Shown piece after piece: positions 29,794-39,769 of a stretch of DNA of 64,000 nt; the first letter of the stretch is position 1; every line of letters begins with the position of its first letter. Below the pieces are notes generated by a model. The model searched no databases. It was not told the origin of the DNA and saw only the letters and a program-made list of their open reading frames with translations. The translations under genes were made by a program, and so were the position numbers. Origin of the DNA: Candidatus Bilamarchaeaceae archaeon (GTDB lineage Archaea; Micrarchaeota; Micrarchaeia; Anstonellales; Bilamarchaeaceae); contig JAWCKZ010000004.1 of NCBI GenBank assembly GCA_038851325.1, positions 1 through 64,000 of the forward strand, read 5' to 3'.

Positions 29794-30855
29794 ATGGATA
29801 TTGAGAAAAAAATAGAACTTGTTGCAAGGCCACCGACGAAAGAGATTGTAAGCGAGAAAAAACTAAGAGAAGTGTTTGAGAAGTATTCCTCTCCAAGAGC
29901 GTACGATGGTTTTGAGATATCAGGATTTGTTCACCTTGGCACTGGTCTTTGTACAGCTCTTAAAATACGTGATTTCATGGAGGCCGGTATAAAGCCCATT
30001 ATCCTTCTTGCGGATTATCATTCCTGGATTAATGAAAAGCTCGGTGGCGATTTGGATAAGATAAGAAAGGTCGGAATGGGTTACTTTAAGCATGCCTTCG
30101 TATCACTCGGCCTGGACGAGGAGCACGTCGAGTATGTTCTTGCTAGCAGCATATACGATAATGACTATTGGGCGGATGTACTAAGAATTACCAAAGAAAC
30201 CACAATAAACAGGATGTTACGATGCGTTACTATAATGGGACGAAAAGAAACCGAGATTACAAAGGCAGCAGCCATGATTTATCCAGCAATGCAGGTTGCT
30301 GATGTTTTCAAGCTTAATGTACAGCTTGCATTTTCCGGGATGGACCAGCGCAAGGCGTATATGCTCGCTATAGAGCTTGCAAAGAGTAGAAAATACGATT
30401 TTGTCTCCGTCCACGGCCATCTTCTTCCAAGCCTTCAGGGAATACAGAGAATGAATCCAACAGAGAATGATATAATAGATGCAAAGATGAGCAAGAGTAA
30501 GCCGTCCTCTGCGATATTTATTCATGACAGCGAGGACGAGATAAAATCAAAGATAGGAAAGGCATACTGCCCTGAAAAAATGCTGGAGGGCAATCCGATT
30601 ATAGAGTACGCGCAGTATCTCATCATACGCGAAAAACCCTTAAAGGTAGAAAGACCTGCAAAGTTTGGTGGCGACATTGAGTTTGTCGCTGTTGACGAGT
30701 TAAGGAAAACATATGCTGAAGGAAAGCTCCATCCGCTTGACCTGAAGAATGCAGTTGCCCGCGAGCTAATTGATATGCTCAAGCCTTCAAGAGATTATTT
30801 TGCAAAGCATAAAGAATATCTTGAGCAGATGAAGCTTGCCGACATCACGCGATAA
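29794..30855 (+). CDS. tyrS: tyrosyl-tRNA synthetase
   Basis: YDGFEISG.VHLG, YPAMQVAD, GMDQRK, KMSKS, LHPLDLK. Confidence 0.96.
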   Translation: MDIEKKIELVARPPTKEIVSEKKLREVFEKYSSPRAYDGFEISGFVHLGTGLCTALKIRDFMEAGIKPIILLADYHSWINEKLGGDLDKIRKVGMGYFKHAFVSLGLDEEHVEYVLASSIYDNDYWADVLRITKETTINRMLRCVTIMGRKETEITKAAAMIYPAMQVADVFKLNVQLAFSGMDQRKAYMLAIELAKSRKYDFVSVHGHLLPSLQGIQRMNPTENDIIDAKMSKSKPSSAIFIHDSEDEIKSKIGKAYCPEKMLEGNPIIEYAQYLIIREKPLKVERPAKFGGDIEFVAVDELRKTYAEGKLHPLDLKNAVARELIDMLKPSRDYFAKHKEYLEQMKLADITR

Positions 30856-30971
30856 AATTAATGATCACCCAAAAGGTCGCAGACCCATCTCACGCATATT
30901 TTTAAATACTTCGCTTAATTTTACAAATATTAACACAAGACGATAACGCTTAATAGCGCCTGGTGGGTTGT

Positions 30972-31430
30972 ATGATTGTTTCAAGATTGAAAACCTGGTC
31001 CGGTAAGGAACATCGCATACTTAAAATTCAAGAAAGAAACAAAAGGATAATACGTGAGATTAGAAGCCGAAACCCAAAATTAAGTTCCTCAGAAGACGAT
31101 GGGAATATAGTCAAACTCCTCAAGAGCAAAAGCAAGAGAGAAAGAGCGGTTGGTATGGTGTTGCTCGGTAACGACATCGATGCGTTGTACAACTTCGCAA
31201 AGAATTCCGCTTATAAAGATGTTAGAATGAAATGCGTAAATCAACTGCTGCTACTTAAAAAAGACGGTAACGAGGCAGAGAGCGCCTTAGAGAATCTGGT
31301 GTATTTTTCCAACTATGAGGATGTAAAGTTATTTGTTGTACCCCACCTAAAGAGCGAGACGCTACGAAAAGTTCTTAAGTACACCGAAAACCAAAAGGTA
31401 AAAGAAGAAATCAAGAAGTATGTTGAGTAA
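30972..31430 (+). CDS. hypothetical HEAT-like repeat protein
   Basis: Repeated S.Y.DV(R/K) helical units. Confidence 0.6.
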   Translation: MIVSRLKTWSGKEHRILKIQERNKRIIREIRSRNPKLSSSEDDGNIVKLLKSKSKRERAVGMVLLGNDIDALYNFAKNSAYKDVRMKCVNQLLLLKKDGNEAESALENLVYFSNYEDVKLFVVPHLKSETLRKVLKYTENQKVKEEIKKYVE

Positions 31431-31440
31431 GGATATTCCC

Positions 31441-32160
31441 CTACTCCACTTCCTTTATTAACTCATCCACGAGCGTTATAACCTTCCCTTTCTGCTCTTC
31501 CAGAACCCTTACGACTTCTTCCCAAGATAGTCTATGTTTGGCGATTCCACATGCATAGTTCGTACCAATCGCAAGCGCCGCAAATGGTATCTCAAGTTCA
31601 CCTACGAGCGTAGCTTCATAGCCATGCGTCATACTAACAAGATTTGCACCGAGCATGCTTAATGCCCTTATTTCCGCTCTTGTTTCGAATCGAGGTCCAA
31701 CAGTCGTCGCCACAATTCCGCCATCTTTTAAGCGAATGTGGTTTGTCTTCGCACGTGCTAATAAAATGCCTTTAAGTTTTTTATCGTATGGCCTTGAAAA
31801 GTCAATGTGCTTCATCCCGTCAGAAAAATCATCGAAGAATGTAATCGGTGTGAAAAGTCCTATAAAGTCATCAATAAGAATAAGATCTCCTGGCCTATAC
31901 CTTCGTGAGAGTATTCCAGTAGCATAGATTCCAAAAACGGCTGTCACACCAAGTTCTTTTAGCGCCCAGAGGTTTGCTTTGTAATTTATCTTATGCGGTG
32001 GGATAGCGTGTGTTTCACCGTGCCGCGGGATAAAAACAACATCTTTTTTGAATATCTTTGTCCTCTGCACCACAGCCTCTCCGAACGGCGTTTCTATTCT
32101 CTCGCGCTTTTCCTTTCCTTTGAGAAAGTAAAATCCGGTCCCTCCTATCATCCCAAGCAT
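31441..32160 (-). CDS. MTA/MTI phosphorylase family purine nucleoside phosphorylase
   Basis: GMIGGTG, TPFG, PRHG..H.IPPH.INY.AN, GPRFETRAE. Confidence 0.9.
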   Translation of the reverse strand: MLGMIGGTGFYFLKGKEKRERIETPFGEAVVQRTKIFKKDVVFIPRHGETHAIPPHKINYKANLWALKELGVTAVFGIYATGILSRRYRPGDLILIDDFIGLFTPITFFDDFSDGMKHIDFSRPYDKKLKGILLARAKTNHIRLKDGGIVATTVGPRFETRAEIRALSMLGANLVSMTHGYEATLVGELEIPFAALAIGTNYACGIAKHRLSWEEVVRVLEEQKGKVITLVDELIKEVE

Positions 32161-32162
32161 GC

Positions 32163-32360
32163 TTATCCCTCAAATATCCTCGGTTTTTCTTCTACCCATA
32201 TCTCATATAGCGCCACGCTACCCTGCTTTCTTTTGATGATGTATGTCTTAAATCCCTTCATCTCGTAGTCCTCTGCTATTCTTTCGGCCTCATTAATATC
32301 CAAAACCCTTGCTACACACCGCGCAAACTTTTTTATAAGCTCCTCTTCCATAATTACCAT
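32163..32360 (-). CDS. small hypothetical protein
   Basis: 65 aa, directly upstream of and co-oriented with the phosphorylase. Confidence 0.65.
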   Translation of the reverse strand: MVIMEEELIKKFARCVARVLDINEAERIAEDYEMKGFKTYIIKRKQGSVALYEIWVEEKPRIFEG

Positions 32361-32538
32361 TTATTTTATTTCTTATATCTTGTGCTTAAAGGGCATACCA
32401 TGTATTATTTTTAAATATTTTCAGCATTTTTAAACTTTTTTTGACACCAAAAAACAAAAGATTTTTATAAATTTGGATTTTCAAAAAAAAGCATTAGCAT
32501 GCTTATTCTGGGTGCATGGGAGGATAACTGGTCGCCTT

Positions 32539-32562
32539 GCCAGCGCATTTCGATGCGCTGGC
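32539..32562. other. perfect 10-bp GC-rich hairpin with TTCG loop
   Basis: GCCAGCGCAT-TTCG-ATGCGCTGGC. Confidence 0.7.
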
Positions 32563-32572
32563 CTAATCCTGT

Positions 32573-33019
32573 TCACTCCTCTTGTGGCAAATGCTTAACT
32601 TTCTCCCATTGCTCAACAGGCCCCTCTCTTAATATAAACAAAGGATGGACTTCTATTCTTTTTACCTTTAGCAATTTTCTATATGCAAGCTTGTTTCTCG
32701 TCCTAAGCCTTCTCTTAAGCTGCCGGAATTCGTATTCTATCTGACCTTTGTTTACCTTTATTTTGTCCCTTGTTGTCTTACCTATCTTAAATTTGTTAAA
32801 ACGATAGTGTCTTTCCTTGGCTTCCCTCCATATATAAAATAAATACGTATTAATCAAACGAATTGGGTTTTTGTGCTGCTTGAATCTGATAAGCTGAGGG
32901 TGGCTGGTGTACCCTCTAGTCTTACCTTGTAGGATTTTCTTTGACAACAATGCTTCTCTCCATAGAGCTACAAGTCCCTTACAATCAAGATATTTTGGGT
33001 GTATGCTCCAGAGCCGCAT
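32573..33019 (-). CDS. pyrimidine dimer DNA glycosylase (T4 endonuclease V-like)
   Basis: MRLWSIHPKYLD.KGLVALWRE, GY..HPQL.RF. Confidence 0.9.
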   Translation of the reverse strand: MRLWSIHPKYLDCKGLVALWREALLSKKILQGKTRGYTSHPQLIRFKQHKNPIRLINTYLFYIWREAKERHYRFNKFKIGKTTRDKIKVNKGQIEYEFRQLKRRLRTRNKLAYRKLLKVKRIEVHPLFILREGPVEQWEKVKHLPQEE

Positions 33020-33101
33020 AAGGATATACGCTCGTTCCAATTTTTAAATCTTTGAAGCCAAAGTAATACAGCATTTAAATGTATCCAACCAATTCATTTT
33101 C

Positions 33102-33860
33102 ATGAAGATATTGAAGATAGGCGGAAGTCTTATCGCACCGAAAAGTAGCGACAAACCGCTCTTTCAGAAGGATGTTATGGATGAAATAGCTGCTGCTCTA
33201 TCCAGCTATGTAGCAAAGAATAAGCAACTCGTCATAGTTCACGGCGCAGGCTCCTTTGGTCACTTGCTTGTAAAGAAAGCAGGATTTTCTGGAATAAAAA
33301 CAAAGGAAGACGAAAAAAACGCTGCAGAGATACATGCGTCCTGCAGACAACTTTCAAAAAATGTTATTAATTCTCTTGCTGAGAAAGGCATACAGGTAAC
33401 ATACATCGATCCTTCAAAGGTAATCGTTCAAAGAGGAGGGAGGATAACTCGTTTCGACACCTCTGAAATAGAATCACAACTCGCAAAAAGGATAATCCCT
33501 GTTCTTCACGGGGACATTGTACCCGATGAGATTTTCGGCGCATCTGTTTGCTCTGGCGACCAGATAGTAGCATGGTTAGCAAAGAAAGCAGATGCAGTTG
33601 TATTTGCAACAGACGTAGACGGTGTACTCGATAAGAATGGCAATATCATTAAGATGATAAACAAAAAGAACGTAAGGGTTGCTTTGAAGCATATAAGCGG
33701 TGCAAGGAATGATGTCACAGGGGGCATGCGTGGAAAGGTGTTGGAGATTCTAAAAAGCAACGTGCCGACGTGGATAGTAAATGGAAGGCACCCCGAGCGT
33801 ATCGTAGAGGCGCTATCTGGAAAGCAAACCGTTGGTACCCTTATTGCTCCAGACAAATAA
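33102..33860 (+). CDS. isopentenyl phosphate kinase
   Basis: LKIGGS, VHGAGSFGH, PVLHGD, SGD, DVTGGM. Confidence 0.9.
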   Translation: MKILKIGGSLIAPKSSDKPLFQKDVMDEIAAALSSYVAKNKQLVIVHGAGSFGHLLVKKAGFSGIKTKEDEKNAAEIHASCRQLSKNVINSLAEKGIQVTYIDPSKVIVQRGGRITRFDTSEIESQLAKRIIPVLHGDIVPDEIFGASVCSGDQIVAWLAKKADAVVFATDVDGVLDKNGNIIKMINKKNVRVALKHISGARNDVTGGMRGKVLEILKSNVPTWIVNGRHPERIVEALSGKQTVGTLIAPDK

Positions 33861-33908
33861 GTTTAAACAGTCAAACAGGTTTTACGCTGCGTGCAATAAA
33901 ATATAAGG

Positions 33909-34550
33909 TTATTCGAATCGAAGAAGAAACGTAGTTCTATGAAGGCGCTTTCCTTCTTTCATTCCTACGAGTTTTCTTGTCATTTTAGTTCTCAAACCAA
34001 GTTCTGTCAATACCTCCATCACTGCCTTACTGCTGCCAACATAAAGGTCTACACCCTCTTTTTTCTCCTCTGTTTTAGAGATGAATGTGCTCTTCTTCAA
34101 CATTGTGGTCAAAATCCTTTCGTATCTTGTGACCATGCTTTCTTTTCCACGCAGCTGGATTATCGCTTCGTAATAACCGCCGGCCTTCTTAGAGCACTCT
34201 GGGCATACGCTCTTTATTTTTTTTAAAGTAAGCGGCTTGCTTATCTCAATCTCCGCCCCATCTTTTTTTATCCTAAAAACTACAGTTTGGTGTTCAACTT
34301 CGTATCTCGCACTTGTAAAATCTCCCCGTATCTTGCTGACAGCAAATTCTTCGATTTTTTTTCTGTTATAGGGCATCCATTCCCCTTTAAGGCGCATCCT
34401 TCCGCATCTCGCACACACAGCAAGTTCAATGCACTCAGGAAGCCGCACACTATAGGGGTAGCAATCTATACAGAATGCTTCTATGAACTTTACCTCGCTA
34501 CTCTTCCTTCCACATTTCGGACAGACTATCATCATAAAGCTAATCTTCAA
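33909..34550 (-). CDS. NMD3-family protein
   Basis: Four CxxC pairs; YYEAIIQLR; GVDLYVGS. Confidence 0.88.
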   Translation of the reverse strand: MKISFMMIVCPKCGRKSSEVKFIEAFCIDCYPYSVRLPECIELAVCARCGRMRLKGEWMPYNRKKIEEFAVSKIRGDFTSARYEVEHQTVVFRIKKDGAEIEISKPLTLKKIKSVCPECSKKAGGYYEAIIQLRGKESMVTRYERILTTMLKKSTFISKTEEKKEGVDLYVGSSKAVMEVLTELGLRTKMTRKLVGMKEGKRLHRTTFLLRFE

Positions 34551-34583
34551 GAGATTTTTAAAGATGATAGTCGAATATTTCTC

Positions 34584-36377
34584 ATGGAAAAATCGGGAAC
34601 AACCGAAACGGTAGGAAAAGAAGAAGGAAACCCGAACCTAAAGCGAGCGGTTAATCTAACAAACTACTTCGTGTCCCTTCCCCCTCTTCCAATTATCGTT
34701 GTCTCCATGATTGCAATCGCCCTTATTTTCGGTATTGTTCTAAATCTACCTCCGTCGAGCGACTTTTTAAAAAACTTATTGCTCGATAGCGCGATGTTAC
34801 TTCTTTTTCCAGCTGTTCTAACTTCTGTCGTCATTAAAATGTTAATTAGAAAGGTGCCATTCAAAAGGATACTTGCGACAGCCGCCGTCGGAGAAGTGAT
34901 ATATGGACTTGCCTACGTCGTCTCATCGTTTGTCTTTAATATAAATCCACTATATGGCGAAATGATTCTCTTCATCGGTGCCGCGATTGTTTTTGTTATG
35001 TGGTATCTTGTAGCTAGACTCATCTTCGTGTTGAAATATCGTGCGTTTCTTTTTGCGATTCTTCAACTTCTCTTCTACCTTCTTTTCTTTTTTAACTCGA
35101 AACTGCCAAAATTCGTAGAAGCACCAGCAGTAAGTGTGGTCGCACGCACATATATCGCATCATTCATTCTTCTCGGTGCCATGTATGTATTTTTTTACAT
35201 CATAAATGCACCTATGAAAAAGACATTTGGAGTCACAAGCACAGATGTGTTCTCCCTTTTCATAAATCAGTGGATTTATAAAAAGAAAGACCTTGAAAGC
35301 GCATTCGAGCGCGTTGGAGAGAGCGCAAAAACGCTGCTAGGAATTGCTGGCTTCGAGAGAAAAAATGACACTGTGCTGTTTATAGTTCCACACGTACATT
35401 TCGGGCCTTTTGGTAATCTTGGTGGCAGCGAATTCTCTTTCCTCATAGCAGAGGAGATAACAAAAAAATATCCGAACACACATGTGTTTGTCTTCCATGC
35501 CCCGGTAACACATGATCTCAACCCAACCTCATCTTCTGAGATAAACAAAATCACGGAAGCAGTGGAGAAAACACTTCGAAGAGCAGAATATAGAAATGAA
35601 ACGGTCGCGTTGAGCCGGGGGAAAAGTGAGGAGTGCTTAGCAGAAGCGCTTATCTTTGGAAGGGACGCGTTCATAGGTGTGAGCAGAGCGCCTCATGTCA
35701 CAGAGGATATAAATTTTGGCCTTGGACTCTCTATGCTTCTTAAGGCTGAGAAGTACATGGATAGAGCAATTATCGTTGACCAACACAACGCAGAAACTGG
35801 AGAGATAACGAGTTTTGAACCCGGTAGCGCCGTTGGATATAATTACATAAAGGCTATAGAAAAATCACTTACGAAAATACCAAAACAAACAAGGCTTAGG
35901 CTTGGTATTTCAGAAAAACATCCAGCATCCACAACGCTTGGAAGCGGAGGGATAAAGATCGCAGTGTTCTCAACATCTCCACAATATGTAATTATACTTA
36001 TGGATGCAAACGGTATTACTCCTGAATTTAAAAATCGGATAGAAAATGAAATAAGTACTCTTGGGAAATACGCAGTGGGTGTATTCACAACGGACACACA
36101 CCAAATAAACACTATTAGAGGGGTTCTAAATCCAGCAAAAGAGGAGGCCGCAATAATCAATGCGATAAAAGAAGGGGTCAAGGAGGCTGTTGCTGACATT
36201 CAAGAAGCTTCAGCATTTGTGGATAAAGAATGGTTTGATATAAAGGTGCTTGGTGCGAAACATTCCATAGAGATAGTGAGCACGATCAATTCCATTGTTG
36301 CTGTAGCAAAGATAACTGCTCCTTTGATATTAATCGGGGCGGTTCTAGTTCTCCTGGCTATCCTTTCGAAGGTTTAA
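34584..36377 (+). CDS. DUF2070 family membrane protein
   Basis: N-terminal TM bundle; P.VHFGPFG..GG, HD.NP, DQHN, TTDTH; start MEKSG. Confidence 0.88.
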   Translation: MEKSGTTETVGKEEGNPNLKRAVNLTNYFVSLPPLPIIVVSMIAIALIFGIVLNLPPSSDFLKNLLLDSAMLLLFPAVLTSVVIKMLIRKVPFKRILATAAVGEVIYGLAYVVSSFVFNINPLYGEMILFIGAAIVFVMWYLVARLIFVLKYRAFLFAILQLLFYLLFFFNSKLPKFVEAPAVSVVARTYIASFILLGAMYVFFYIINAPMKKTFGVTSTDVFSLFINQWIYKKKDLESAFERVGESAKTLLGIAGFERKNDTVLFIVPHVHFGPFGNLGGSEFSFLIAEEITKKYPNTHVFVFHAPVTHDLNPTSSSEINKITEAVEKTLRRAEYRNETVALSRGKSEECLAEALIFGRDAFIGVSRAPHVTEDINFGLGLSMLLKAEKYMDRAIIVDQHNAETGEITSFEPGSAVGYNYIKAIEKSLTKIPKQTRLRLGISEKHPASTTLGSGGIKIAVFSTSPQYVIILMDANGITPEFKNRIENEISTLGKYAVGVFTTDTHQINTIRGVLNPAKEEAAIINAIKEGVKEAVADIQEASAFVDKEWFDIKVLGAKHSIEIVSTINSIVAVAKITAPLILIGAVLVLLAILSKV

Positions 36378-36624
36378 AATAATATGGTGTTACAAATTAC
36401 TATGTTTGCTCACAGACGCTCTTCCATTTCATCGCATTTGCTTCTCCTTCTTTTACTTCATAAGCACAGGATTGTCTTAGGCTGGCAGGAGTGCTCACTT
36501 AGATCGCACGGTCTTGTCCTGTGTTTCACCGTATAATTTGTAATAGGCTCGACCAACAGTGACGATACATATTTAAATTGTTTTTTCTTTTATTTGTTTA
36601 CACAAGCGAATAAAGGCAGGATGT

Positions 36625-37656
36625 ATGAAAAAGGCGGATTACCTTAAAACAAAAATCGAACATATAGATATAACTTCGTTTGATGCGACGCCAGTTATAG
36701 AACAGTATTCGAAAACTGCATTCCAAGCACGCAATCTTGCAAGAGCGGCGAAGATATACGACAGAATGCTTGCTGATAACGATTGCACTGTGATTCTTTG
36801 TATAGCTGGCTCTCTCGTCAGCGCTGGTCTGAAAAAGGTAATCTGCGACATGATCGAATATAACATGGCTGATGTAGTTGTAGCAACAGGCGCGAACGTT
36901 GTTGACCAAGACTTTTTTGAGGGGCTCGGTTTTCATCACTATCAAGGTACCCCGCGTGTTGATGACGATGACCTGTTCAGAAAGCATATAGATAGGATTT
37001 ACGATACCTACATAGATGAGGACGAGCTTCGGATCTGCGATATGACCGTTGCAAAGATAGCCGACAGCATTGAGCCAAGACCATATTCATCAAGAGAGTT
37101 CATAGAGATAATGGGGAAATATCTCGATGAGTATAAAAAAGAATCTGTTTCATTTGTAAGAAACGCGTATAAAAAAGGCGTACCGATATTTGTTCCAGCC
37201 TTTTCAGACTGCAGTGCTGGGTTTGGCCTCGTTTACCACCAAATGAATCGCGGCGACAAACCAAAGGTAACCATAGATTCAGCAAAGGATTTTCTTGAGC
37301 TAACAAAAATAAAAATTGCTGCTGGAGAGACTGGTCTCTTTATGCTTGGTGGCGGAGTGCCGAAAAACTTTGCGCAGGATGTTGTTGTTGCCGCAGACGT
37401 CCTTGGAAAGAATGTCCACATGCATAAATATGCTGTGCAGATTACAGTTGCTGATGAGCGCGATGGAGGGCTTTCAGGCTCAACGCTCAAGGAGGCTCAT
37501 TCGTGGGGAAAGGTTGACGAAGGATTCGAACAGATGGTGTTTGCAGAGGTAACTCTAGCAGCGCCTCTTATCGTTAGCTACGCCTACCATAAAGGTAACT
37601 GGAAAAAACGGAGACCTAAAAATTTCAATTTGCTACTAAATACTAGGAGGATATAA
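36625..37656 (+). CDS. deoxyhypusine synthase-like protein
   Basis: TAFQAR, DRIYD, GGGVPKNF, DGGLSGST..EA.SWGK with catalytic Lys. Confidence 0.92.
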   Translation: MKKADYLKTKIEHIDITSFDATPVIEQYSKTAFQARNLARAAKIYDRMLADNDCTVILCIAGSLVSAGLKKVICDMIEYNMADVVVATGANVVDQDFFEGLGFHHYQGTPRVDDDDLFRKHIDRIYDTYIDEDELRICDMTVAKIADSIEPRPYSSREFIEIMGKYLDEYKKESVSFVRNAYKKGVPIFVPAFSDCSAGFGLVYHQMNRGDKPKVTIDSAKDFLELTKIKIAAGETGLFMLGGGVPKNFAQDVVVAADVLGKNVHMHKYAVQITVADERDGGLSGSTLKEAHSWGKVDEGFEQMVFAEVTLAAPLIVSYAYHKGNWKKRRPKNFNLLLNTRRI

Positions 37657-38199
37657 ATGGTGCCAACGAAAATGTTTTTTGTGAAGGGGGTTGGAGTCCA
37701 CAAAGATCGGCTCGCGTCTTTTGAGCTTGCCCTCAGAGATGCCGGAATACAGATGTGCAACCTTGTTTACGTCTCAAGCATCTTTCCACCTGGATGTAAG
37801 ATAATCCCAAAGGACGAAGGGATAAAGTTACTCAAACCTGGTCAAATAGTTTATTGTGTTATGGCTAGAAATGAGACAAACGAGCCGAATAGACTCATAG
37901 CCGCCGCTGTTGGTCTCGCAGTTCCAAAGAACACAGATAACTACGGTTATCTCTCCGAGCATCATGCATTTGGCGAAACTGCTGCCAAGGCAGGAGAGTA
38001 TGCTGAGGACCTTGCTGCAACAATGCTTGCCTCAACACTCGGCATCCCTTTTGACATAGAACAGGCATGGGATGAAAGAGAGCAAGTCTACAAGTCAAGT
38101 GGTCTTATCACAAAGACATCAAACATCTGCCAATCAGCGGAAGGAAATAAGAACGGCTTATGGACAACGGTAATCGCAGCAGCAGTTTTGATAGAGTAA
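37657..38199 (+). CDS. pdaD: pyruvoyl-dependent arginine decarboxylase
   Basis: [19 protein letters not shown] (Ser-Ser cleavage site), YGYLSEH. Confidence 0.93.
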   Translation: MVPTKMFFVKGVGVHKDRLASFELALRDAGIQMCNLVYVSSIFPPGCKIIPKDEGIKLLKPGQIVYCVMARNETNEPNRLIAAAVGLAVPKNTDNYGYLSEHHAFGETAAKAGEYAEDLAATMLASTLGIPFDIEQAWDEREQVYKSSGLITKTSNICQSAEGNKNGLWTTVIAAAVLIE

Positions 38200-38212
38200 C
38201 CAAAACGATTTT

Positions 38213-39091
38213 ATGCTAAAAGTACCATTCAATTTCTGTGGTCTTCCAAAAGAGTATTCTGATTATTCCAAGGCAGCGATAGTTATACTCCAAGTGCCAT
38301 TTGACAAAACATCCACTTGGGGGAAGGGGGCTGATAAAGGACCAAGGGCGATCATAGATGCGTCAAGAAATCTAGAGCTGTACGATATCGAAACAGGAAG
38401 TGAGGTTTGCGAAAAAGGGATCGCAACCTTAAAGCCGATTTCGGCTGCGACAGTTGAAAAACTTGTGGATGCAACTTACAAAAGGGTACGAGAGCTGCTC
38501 GCTGATAAAAAATTTGTTGTCACGCTCGGGGGGGAACATTCGGTATCCATAGGACCGATAAAGGCGCACGCAGAAGCCTTCAGGGACATTAGCATTCTGC
38601 ATCTCGATGCTCACGGTGACAGACGCGATTTCTATATGGGCAGTAAGTATAATCATGCGTGCGTTATCGCACGAGTAAGAGAATTTACAGAAAACATCGT
38701 ATCTGTTGGTATAAGAAGCATGGACTCAAGCGAACTTAAGTTGGTCGAACGAGATAAAATTTTCTATGCGCACGAAATTTATAATTCAGAGGATTGGATT
38801 CCGAATGTTGTGGAAAAACTCACGGATAATGTGTACATCACAATAGACCTCGATGTTTTTGACCCATCTATAATGCCATCAACCGGAACACCAGAGCCAG
38901 GTGGCTTGGGTTGGTATCAGGTTGAGCACCTTCTCAAAGCAGTAACCGAGAGACGAAACGTACTTGGATTTGATATCGTTGAACTCGCTCCAGTCAAAAC
39001 AGATCGCGCGCCTGATTTTCTTGCTGCAAAGCTTGTATATAAGTTACTAAGTTATAAGTTTGCTCCGCATGCCAACCGCCCTGGACTATGA
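38213..39091 (+). CDS. speB: agmatinase (ureohydrolase)
   Basis: GGEHS, DAHGD, DLDVFDP, TGTPEPGG. Confidence 0.93.
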   Translation: MLKVPFNFCGLPKEYSDYSKAAIVILQVPFDKTSTWGKGADKGPRAIIDASRNLELYDIETGSEVCEKGIATLKPISAATVEKLVDATYKRVRELLADKKFVVTLGGEHSVSIGPIKAHAEAFRDISILHLDAHGDRRDFYMGSKYNHACVIARVREFTENIVSVGIRSMDSSELKLVERDKIFYAHEIYNSEDWIPNVVEKLTDNVYITIDLDVFDPSIMPSTGTPEPGGLGWYQVEHLLKAVTERRNVLGFDIVELAPVKTDRAPDFLAAKLVYKLLSYKFAPHANRPGL

Positions 39092-39148
39092 GCCCTGTCC
39101 CTTACGATTTCTTCTTCCTTTTTAAATGTAATATACACTAAACAGTTC

Positions 39149-39769
39149 ATGGATGAACGCGGAATAGAAGACGCAATCGTCATGGACGAAAACACATTCA
39201 AGTCTCTCACTTCAGAGACAAGAACAGAGATATTGAAGTTGCTCAAGAAAAGAAATCATACGCTTTCAGAGATTGCAAAAGCACTTAAAATTTCGAAAAC
39301 AACAGCAAAGGAGCATCTTGATATCCTTGTCGAAGGTAGGCTTGTAGAGCAGGTTCCTTCAACGAACATATGGAAATATTATACGCTTACGAAGGACGGA
39401 AAAAAGCTTGTTGGTGAGGAAGGGCCTAAAAGGGTTGTGATATTAATTGCAATGTGCATCTTTGGCATTCTTTTGTCGTTCTACGGCGCATATGGGCTCA
39501 CTGCACCAGATTTGGAAAAGCAAACAGGGGCAACCCACTTTTACACTGAGCGCGGCGGTGAAGAGAGCATTGCCCAGGTACAAGCGATGCAAACAGACGG
39601 AATGCAAACAGACGAAATCCCGGCACAAGAAGGTGAGTCTGTTGCTGAGTCTGTTGCTAAAATAGATAATAACAACATATCGGTTGTTGCACTTGTTTTA
39701 GGATTATCTATAATTATGGTTTCATTATTCACACTGCTAAAAAGAAATAAAGAACGGTCGATAGTATGA
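39149..39769 (+). CDS. ArsR-family wHTH regulator with two TM helices
   Basis: FKSL.S.TR..ILK.L...TLSEIA..L...HL..L; two hydrophobic segments. Confidence 0.85.
   Translation: MDERGIEDAIVMDENTFKSLTSETRTEILKLLKKRNHTLSEIAKALKISKTTAKEHLDILVEGRLVEQVPSTNIWKYYTLTKDGKKLVGEEGPKRVVILIAMCIFGILLSFYGAYGLTAPDLEKQTGATHFYTERGGEESIAQVQAMQTDGMQTDEIPAQEGESVAESVAKIDNNNISVVALVLGLSIIMVSLFTLLKRNKERSIV

Noticed and set aside
34287..34583. N-terminal extension of the DUF2070 ORF
   Set aside because: Overlaps the NMD3 gene antisense; ATG at 34584 is more plausible
36402..36536. 44-codon uORF before the polyamine operon
   Set aside because: No RBS or motif support; a TATA-like box lies between it and the operon
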